DNA of 64,000 bases from contig OY740781.1 of NCBI GenBank assembly GCA_963514005.1, forward strand, positions 41,292,001 to 41,356,000. Direction: 5' to 3'. A program made the position numbers and the translations under genes. The notes under the pieces are model-generated. The model was not told the origin of the DNA, did not search any database, and was given only the letters and a program-made list of their open reading frames with translations. The DNA is from Raja brachyura. Taxonomy: Eukaryota. Below are positions 63,696-64,000 of this stretch, in pieces (the stretch's first letter is position 1; each line of letters starts with the position of its first letter).

Positions 63696-64000
63696 GTAAG
63701 GCATTGATAGTGTTTTTTCTTGATTCCTTTGGTATCATAAAAAGTTAAGAAGTGATAAATCTGGCTGCAAAAATTTAACATCGCCCATGGCTCTCAAGTG
63801 GGGTTTTTACATACAAAAAGAAAACGCTTCTGAAGCTAAATTTATAATTGAAAAAAAAATCAAAAACCATACGTGGGTTTTGAATTACATTTTACTCAGA
63901 TGCAACCCAAAGAATGGCATAATTGTTAGCTGTTAATTGGACATAATCAACCTCAGCAAATTGACAACATCTTTGAAAGGGAGTGGGTGTTTGAGCTGTC

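Overview
Vertebrate genomic DNA, most likely a cartilaginous fish (skate/ray-type repeat landscape; this is inference). It holds two divergently oriented genes. GALT (minus strand) has coding exons 1-7 at 34177..10476, with the HPHCQ active-site motif intact; I found no exons 8-11, so they probably lie left of the window. SIGMAR1 (plus strand) is complete: 4 coding exons at 42902..56728, 220 aa, with a CpG-island promoter and a probable long 3' UTR. The introns and intergenic DNA are crowded with CR1-type LINE fragments, tRNA-head SINEs, a decayed Penelope-like element (PLE), several non-autonomous DNA elements, a full-length but frameshifted Tc1 and a fossil THAP-domain exon. The most interesting signals are short fold-back PLE derivatives with 12-14 bp target duplications and minimal hammerhead ribozyme motifs (one carries GC-rich cargo), a hAT-type MITE packed with NRF1/YY1 motifs in SIGMAR1 intron 1, and a duplicated CTCF-like module bracketing GALT exons 5-6. 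All of this was read by eye; repeat boundaries are approximate unless TSDs are quoted.
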